Positions 53,801-62,800 of a stretch of 64,000 nt of DNA are shown piece after piece. A program made the position numbers and the translations under genes. The notes under the pieces were generated by a model that worked only from the letters and a program-made list of their open reading frames with translations, searched no databases and was not told the origin of the DNA. Source of the DNA: Promethearchaeota archaeon (lineage in GTDB: Archaea; Asgardarchaeota; Lokiarchaeia; Sigyniarchaeales; SOKP01); NCBI GenBank assembly GCA_019057795.1, contig JAHLWS010000077.1:32001-96000 (forward strand), written 5' to 3'. The stretch's first letter is position 1. The number at the start of each line of letters is the position of its first letter.

Positions 53801-56800
53801 GGGAGAATATTACAGCACATTTGGGTCGACAGGAACTCCGATATTCAATATTGCGTTTGTTAATCCGCCAATATTTACCCTTAATATAACTCAAGAATCT
53901 CTCTATGAACCTGAACCAATATATCTCTCAAAAAATTCATACGAATTAGAATACGGTAATTCTCTTTTGCTTGAAGGGTGCATTAAAGATAACGATGAGT
54001 ATTTAATTGAAGATGAGATATACCTTTACGAATATCAAGAGGCAATGGACGGAGAGACGGTTCACGTCCTTAAAATTATAGCGCCTGTAGATGACGCTAA
54101 TTTTATCAGCAAAGAAGAATTCGCCATCTATTACGTTAATAGGGAATTAAAGAAGCTTCCTTTGTTCTCTACTCTAAATAATAAATTTTTCAAAAACGAT
54201 ACAATTTTAAAAAATAATACAAATCCTGAAATTACTTATGTGAATAATAAGTATTTGTTAACTATCTACTGGAATACAACCATAAATGAATTTATTGACT
54301 ACGATACCCACCTTTTAATAACTTATAAGGCTGTGAGAGGAAGACCAATTTCCCCTGCTTCCTACAGTACTGTAGATTCCTACGGCAATAATATTTATAG
54401 TAATTTAATTGAGATTCCTTTTGCCAGATATAATATGATTACTAGAAGCTGGGAGTTTGAAGATGACTTTACAGAACAATTTATTGTTGATAAAAATTTA
54501 TTATATGAAGATGTCGAGGGTACAAGTGCTACCCTACAGGGAATTCAATACGATGATGGACAGGTTATTCAGACGGGAGTGATTTCTCTTGAGGGTATAT
54601 ACGTAAATTGGAGCGGTTCCAACACTTTTGAATTGCTAAATGAAAGTCGGTATTCATGGGACATTAATCAAAACGGGGAATTACATATTACCGGACTTCC
54701 GTATAATTCTTCCGGGGATGTATTTAGAATTTTATATTATGGTATTAATCCTACTCCGATTATTCATTCACTTATCAATCCTGTATCTTCAATATATTCC
54801 ATTAAAGTAATTAATAATACAGGGTTTGAATATGAATTTGAAGTAGGCACCGATTATGTAATATCTGAAGATGGTTACGCGATCTATTTCAAAGACTTGT
54901 ATAATACGATTTTAAAAAGCGGAAACTTTTCGATTTATAGCAGATTTTTAATTAGTTACCATTCAACACACTCAAGGAAGATTGATCTTTCCCGGAACCT
55001 GCTCTTAATGCTTCAGGATTCAAGCGGTCACGATATCCCCGTTGATAATATACCAGTTGATAATTTAGGATTTTTTAAATATCAACAATCCCTAAAAGAA
55101 AATAGTCCGCTTTCTATTCCGGTTGGCGGTGGAGAGCGAATTGTCCACATGTCATTAGCCTATTTACCAATATCGGTATATAACATTTCCTCCGGTGGAT
55201 TTGTTAATTTAAGTTATGAAGTCGAGAACGGTAATAAAATCTACTCGCATAAAGAAGGTAATTGGGTAAAATTTTTTAGCATTATTACCAATCCTAAGAA
55301 AGTAAAACTTGAGATGGTTGAAGATCCTTCGCAAAATATCGTAATTACTCAGAAATTTTACGAAGAGCGTGAATATCAATATAACTATAATCCTTTAGAA
55401 ACTCTTGAGAAAGGGGAAGAGTATACAAAAGTGATGATTGATGCTCTTGTAAAAGACGATTATGAATTTACATTTAAGCTGACCACCTTTGAGGATAAAC
55501 CGATAAAAGATTCAATTGTTTGGATGCACCTGGGCTTCATGCCGAAAAGTAAAACTAAATTTCTCAATGAGCGAGCCCTTATCAATGATTTGGATCTACA
55601 TCCATATTTCGAATCGTTTGGAACAGAAGAGATCACCTCAATAGGTCCTGGTGTAGGCCCTCAAAAGATGTTTGGAAAGCCTCTTACATATGAGATCAAG
55701 AATTATACTTCTGAGCAAAATGCGTACGGTCCTTATGCGTGGGTATATGGAATAACAGATGCATTAGGGGAAGTTACGTTTAATGTATCGTTTGATCAAG
55801 ATTTTAGGGAAGATTTTGCACGATGCTTCGGAAGTAGGGAAGGTATCACTTCTGTAGAGGATAATGTGCTCTATCTTAGGGCATTTAGCACGTATTTTGA
55901 AAGCTGGGAAGATATGGCAATTAATAACCCTGAACAGTATATCTGCTCACGAGACGGTGATATTTTTGATGGTAGCACCATAATAGAAAATTACAACTTT
56001 ACGGGTATGATCACTCAAGACAGCACTTATGTTGAAGGTCCTGTGAGAGTGCATAAAAAAGACACCGCATTAGCGATTGCAGATAGTATCTCCTACGATT
56101 TACCAGACCCTGATCTCCAAGAAAATAGATATGACGACTTGCGATTACACCTATACGTTACTGAAGCGCATCCAATTCCGAACGCTAAAGGCAGCTTCTC
56201 GATTGAAGATCTTACTCGACAGTATACTATGCGTGAGTTGGAAGCGACGGCAAAAAGTATACTTGAAGATGAGAATAATTATGAAGCTCATATAAAAATA
56301 TATGATCCTTCGGGAAATTATATTATTACATTTAAACCTCCGATTATCGAAACTCCTGATGGCGGCGGATATATCTCCATAGATAACGAATCTTTAGTTG
56401 ATACTTTACTTAAGTGTGGACCAGGCTTATCCTCATTGGTAATATATATCCCAGAATCTGAGTATTACAAGAACTCGCCTGTGGTTACTATACCTATTGA
56501 AATCAGACCTCCAAATTGGTTAAAGTTCGGTGAAAAGAACACTAAAATCCCGCTAATCGATCCATTTGTCTCAGCGTGGGGCTCTGCATATAATAACGAA
56601 AAGGAAATGACTTTTGAGTCGAATTACCCGTTCCTAACCGGTACTGTGTGGGTAGAACCGTTTTATAATAGTACAGGCGCAGAATCATCCGTTCAAGATT
56701 ATATTGATATTAATTTAGATTGTACGATTTACAATGGTGATGGAACCACCAGTACGTTTCCCTTACAGAATAATATAATGTTAAGACCCGGGAATAGGGA

Positions 56801-59800
56801 TGGAATTTTGACTTTTAGTATAGGTTTAGGTCCTGAAAGTGCCTTTTTGATGGGTCTGCAGTGTGATCTTAACCTATCATTTAACATTGACTTTAATAAA
56901 GACCAAATTTTCGAAGAAAAAAGAAACGTTGAAATAGTCCTATTAGATTTACGCTTAGAATCAAATCCTTCTAGCAATACTCCAAATACTATCTGGTCAA
57001 TATACGATAATGAATTTATTTCCAGCGATATTACAGTAGACATCATTGATGATACAATTACAAAACACGACGATACTATTCTTAATTTAGGCGGAGTTAA
57101 GAATGGACAAATTTACGGACAAGAAATTGCCTTCTTATTTAGCGATGATACATTAGAATATGGTTTGGATGCTGATAGTGAATTATTATCTCTTTTGGCG
57201 TTAACAGGAATTGAAGCATTGAAAGTTGTTGGAATAAAGGACGGAGATGAGTATGAATTTGAGCAGGGAACAGAATGGACAATTCCATATTATTCTTCTG
57301 GATTTTTATACAATAACTCGATTATTCGTTTCACAGGAGCTAGTATACCAGATAGTGGCACGGAATTTTCAATAACCTATCAATTAACGTTTACTTTTGC
57401 TCAGAATAAATATTATGGAAATATTACATTAGGTTATACCAATAGTTATAACGAAAGTTCGATTGAACTGCAATTACCTGATGGTTTCTTACCAGAAAGT
57501 GATGAATCGTATTCTCCTATGTTTACGCGATTTACCGATAATTTTACAGGCACAGGCTCGCAAACACAATTTAAATTGAATTATGGGCTTAGCGGAGTGA
57601 CTCAATGGAATGATAATTATTTCATTATTTATAATGAACAGGAGCTTAATAATACGTTTGGACAGTTCGCTAAAGGAGTTTCTCAAGAACACCCAACATT
57701 AACATTTTCCCAAGCACCTTTAAACAATTCCAAAATTATTATCACCTATGGAATTAAATCCCAATATATTTTGAGCTATGGCTTCCAGAAGGTTGATAAA
57801 TCGTTTAGCGATTCTATTCGGTTAATGGACACTGATGATACTTCCCCTAAAATAATCGATGAGTCAAATAGTGAAATGTCTGCTTTAACTTTTGAAAACT
57901 CTTCGTTATATATTTCCCTAGATAATTCAGATGAAAAGACCATTCTAAAGCTGATTAACGTACCTTTACTATATTCACCTGAACTTAACATAACTTTTAC
58001 GTTTGATCACCTTATATTGGATTTATTGGATAGTTACGGGAATGATTTTAATAATTTAGCTATTGAATTTAAATATATAACAAACGATGGATATTATGAA
58101 TTTTATTCAGATCCACTGATAATTCCTCTGAATTATTCAGAAATTTCATCAAATATTATCGATAATACCTATGCAATTAGCTATAATAAGGACTTACAGG
58201 CGATTTATGACGTGGTTGGGGCTGATAGCGTCGATATTGAGATTATAATACATCAATCAGGAAAAAGTAATAACTATATCCCTTACTTAATCTTAAATCA
58301 ATACGATTATTTATCTGATACTCATTTGGTTGAAACTTACGATAGAATGCCTTTAAATGAATATTGTAATCTCGATATAAATTCGGTGATTACCACACCC
58401 CATTATTTCCAAATATTTTCCCGCCCCTTCGTGGATGGTGCATATGGAGATTCACCGTTTAACCTTTTCGATGGCAGTCAGGTCACAGTCGCTCTTACAG
58501 ATTTACCTAACTCAACATTAGTCTCGTTAGATCGTAATGGTGATAATTACAACTTCAATTACTTGGGTACTTCAAATACTCTTTCTGTAAGCGAAGATAA
58601 TTTCTATATGATCCCAAACTTAGGCATGTTTATTGATACTTACAATATTGATGAGATGTTATACCAAGACGGTTATCTTGATTTGTATTATGGAAGTGGA
58701 ACAGAAATTGACGGAGAAAAACAATATAATAATAATATATTTATGGATTATGCAGGTGTTCCGGTAGAAGATTATACATCATCCATTTTAAATAACGCTC
58801 CTACTTCATGGAATAATACCTATGATTTTACCAATAAATTTTTAACTACAGATGCAATAACAGCGGAGGGACGAGTGTTTTATCACCAAATATTCGATTT
58901 GGACGCGGATTTAAACAGCTCTTCAGTTATAAATAATATTTTCCCAAACTATGCCAACGATATTTATTTCGGTTTACAGCTAACTTCAAATTTTGATATT
59001 GATGAAATTAGGGCTGTGGGTAAGCCATATTTCTACTCCTTGTCAGTTCAAGGCTTTCCCACAGGAAAATATAAAGAAAATTATTGTTCTATTCATACAA
59101 CTTCCAGCGGAGATTTTGAGCCTACTCCAACGCTATATACGCTTAATATTGATGAGGATTATACTCTAGATTATGATGAGAATGGAACGGCTTACGTTTT
59201 ATTCTTTAGACCGGTTAGTGATTTGAGTTCTTATACAGATTCTCAAAACAAAATTATGATTGATTATTGGGTAAATCATCAGTTTATTAATAATTATGAT
59301 TATTATATTAAAGAAAATCCAGAAGATCCATACACATCCCAAATAGAATGGGATTATAGTTATATCGATTATGATACATTCCATCTACACCCTGACTTCA
59401 CCGGTGAGACATATTTCACTGTCGATTATCTCGCCTTAGAATGGGAGATTTTCGACGACGAGTACATTAAAGACGGCGACGATTCGTTTGACTTCCAACC
59501 GAGAGAATTTTACAACGTTTCTGTGTTATATACGGGAGATACAAGCACCGATGAATTTAGCGTTCAATATATCGTACCCGAGGGACAATATTTAGAAGAC
59601 CATATAATTTTCCCAACTATCTATGCGTTGGCTCAGATAGGTGACGATGAGGAGACCATGAAAGTAATTAAAATTTACAATAGTTTGATGGATAATTATA
59701 TTTCTCAAAACGCTCCTGATTCGTACGATTATACCGTTAATTTCGCCGAAATTGAGACTTATATTAATACTTATTACCCAAGCTATCAACTAGTCGAAAA

Positions 59801-62800
59801 TTCGTTTATGTATATAACCGCCGAATACGACTCTATTTTACTGCGATATCCAATGGGCCATACTCCGTTCAATTACGACTATTTAGGACCTGATCATTAT
59901 GCTTACCATATCGCTTTATATATCAACGGTGAATTTATCGCTTATTCAAATGAAACGGTATTTAACGATTACGTGTTAAAAGTTGAAGATAATTATATTT
60001 ATTTCAATAATAAATCACAAGGACAGCCAGGGTATATCGCTCCTAATAGTGAAATTCAACTTATATATAAATTTAAAGTTCAACCTGGGTTACTTGATAG
60101 AAAGCATTTCCTAATTGTTACCTATCCGTGGACCAATGTTTTTGATACACCATACAATCCGATTGTACCTGATGATCAGATAACTTATAGAGAAAAATAT
60201 AGAAAGCTAAGCGGAGGCTCCATTATTTCGCCCTTCGAATATAGTTTATCCATTGAAAATAGATACAGTCTTTATCTAAGCTACCGCCTAAATGAAAGAG
60301 AATATTACGAAGAAAAATTTGAAATAAGTTCTGAATACTATAAATCCAGCAAAGATGGCTATGTGTATAATTTTATAACACAACAACTCGACAACTATGT
60401 GGATGTTCTGGAGTTAGATGGTGAAAATTCGATAAATGTTTATTATTTCGATACACTAGGAAATATGAAATTCTTAGATCCATCCCAGTATGTAGTTAAT
60501 ATTGCCTTACGCGAAATTATTATCAAAAACGATGGCAATCTTTTAGTAAAATCTAATAAAATCTCAGAATTTTACATATCCTTTATTCCAAAAAGCAATG
60601 ATAAAGAATTTGCTGCATATCGCTTCTCCTATGATCCTACAGAAACCATAACACTAACCATGGATATGACCTATTGGGATATCATTGGTTTAGAGGGATT
60701 AGATGTAATTCCAAATTTAGATGCATATTATTTCCTAAATGAACATGAATCAACAATAGGAAATACCGTGTGCCATGCTTCTCAAGTGGCAGCATACCTT
60801 AGCGAAGGGTATGAGTTAGAGTTTAATATTATAGGTGAATTGGGAGGGTTTGACCAGGAGTTAAATAATGGAATTCATAATGGTGAATATCTTGCTTTCT
60901 ATATTGATACAAATATAAAAAATATCGAGAGTTTAGAATACCTTACTATTGAGGTTCATAACAATTCAGGGAAAATGTCTAAATTTTCTAAAAACATGAC
61001 CCGCGAAGAGTTAGAGATGGCTGATTTCACCATAAAAATAGATTTACCAACTGAGTCAAATACTCTACAAAAAATCAGGTTTATTCCTCATTTTAGAGAA
61101 GATAATGAATATTCTATTGATAATACTCAAGGGATTTCCCGAATGCAAACAATTCAGTGGGCTACCGAGCAAGTTATTGTTCTAGAGGACGGTCAAGAAT
61201 ATATGCCTATAACCTTAGACCATGATCTAAAGACAGAGCTAAACGGATTTGAATTAGCATATGTGTATAATGATAAATTGCAATATTTGACCTTCCCAGA
61301 AGGCTTTGCTCTTTCCTATAATTATGACGAAATCACAGAATCTTATAGATTTCTTATACCAACTGTATATACTAATCCAGATACGCATGAAATAGTAGAA
61401 TTTAAGGAAGAACAATTACTCTTAATTCGATATAATTCACCTGTGAAAAGAGGGATTGCTATTGGTATTGGTAAAATGTATTTTGAACATAAAGGGTATA
61501 ATTATGATGCTCATCTAGATATTCCCAAAGCGGAACTCTTATTAGTTAATGCAGATTCAGAAAAAGCATGTTCTGAATTTACAAGCGACTATTATTATCA
61601 AATACCAATAGAATTAACTCCATTTGAGACTGAATTAAATAATAGATATAAAGCTATTAAAATTGATCTAAATCTCACATCTTTATATGAATTAACAAGT
61701 AGTACTATTCTAAACTTCAGTCATATCATATTTTCTGTACCTGATCCTTCTTACGAACTGACTGTAAATGAAGTGCTTATCTTAGAAAAATCTTATGAAA
61801 CGACAATAGAATATGGAAGCATGGACAGTCGTGTATGGCAATATACTGAAATTGAGATGTTTACTAGCAGTGCAAGTCCAGAGGAGGATTCCTATCAATT
61901 AACATTAGAAAATACACCGCTATTCCATCCTGATTCAGAATGGCTCGATTATCTCAATATATATGATGAGGATGGTAATTATTACACAGCAGGAATAAAT
62001 GGAAATGACCATCAGCTACATTATGAACCTTCCACTAATATATTCACGTGGAATAATGAATTTAACCAGTTTCCTGAGTATTTTGGCATGGAATTTCAAG
62101 AACCTTTAATAATCGAACCCAATAAGACCTTATTCTTTGAATATACAACAAATACTTCCTGGACTGAACCAGTTCGAATTAAAGTAGAAAACCTTGATCT
62201 TGAGTCAATTCGTGTTATTTATGACTACAATTATCTGCTTAAACCAGAATTTTATGATTGGTATTCCCAAGAATTTTCTATGGAGCATTCGTATGAGAAT
62301 ATTGCCTATTCGTTTAAAGAAGAAGCGGAATACAAGGTTATTCAGTATTATTATGAGTTTTTTACCGTATATACTAATACTTCTGAATATACACATACAT
62401 TTGATATTGGAGATCTTTCTTTTGAAGAAGATTTTGTGAATTTAAGCACGTATAAAGTAATTGGACTCACCCCTACGTTTGAGACCGAGATTTTAACTGA
62501 TAATACTGAGTATTCCATTGAATTTAATAAACCTTCAAAAGAAATTATAATTAACGATTTAGATACCAGTGATGGGTATTATCTGAATAAGTTTGACCAG
62601 ATTACAGTTATTATAAATTTTTCATACGCTCCAATCTCTTCTTTTACTGAGATTTTTCTTTTAGATACATTTAATCAAACATATTTAAGCGATCCTGAAG
62701 ATACTTTTTATAATTATATAGATCTTGATTATCGCTACTTAGCAATTTCAGGAGCTACATTATTTGCCGAGGGCTCTGATGTAATAACAAGCGATACTAC

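Noticed and set aside
37135-62439. Many short ORFs (60-137 aa) in the track, suggesting non-coding or decayed DNA
   Set aside because: All are off-frame or antisense shadows inside the single giant frame +3 ORF.
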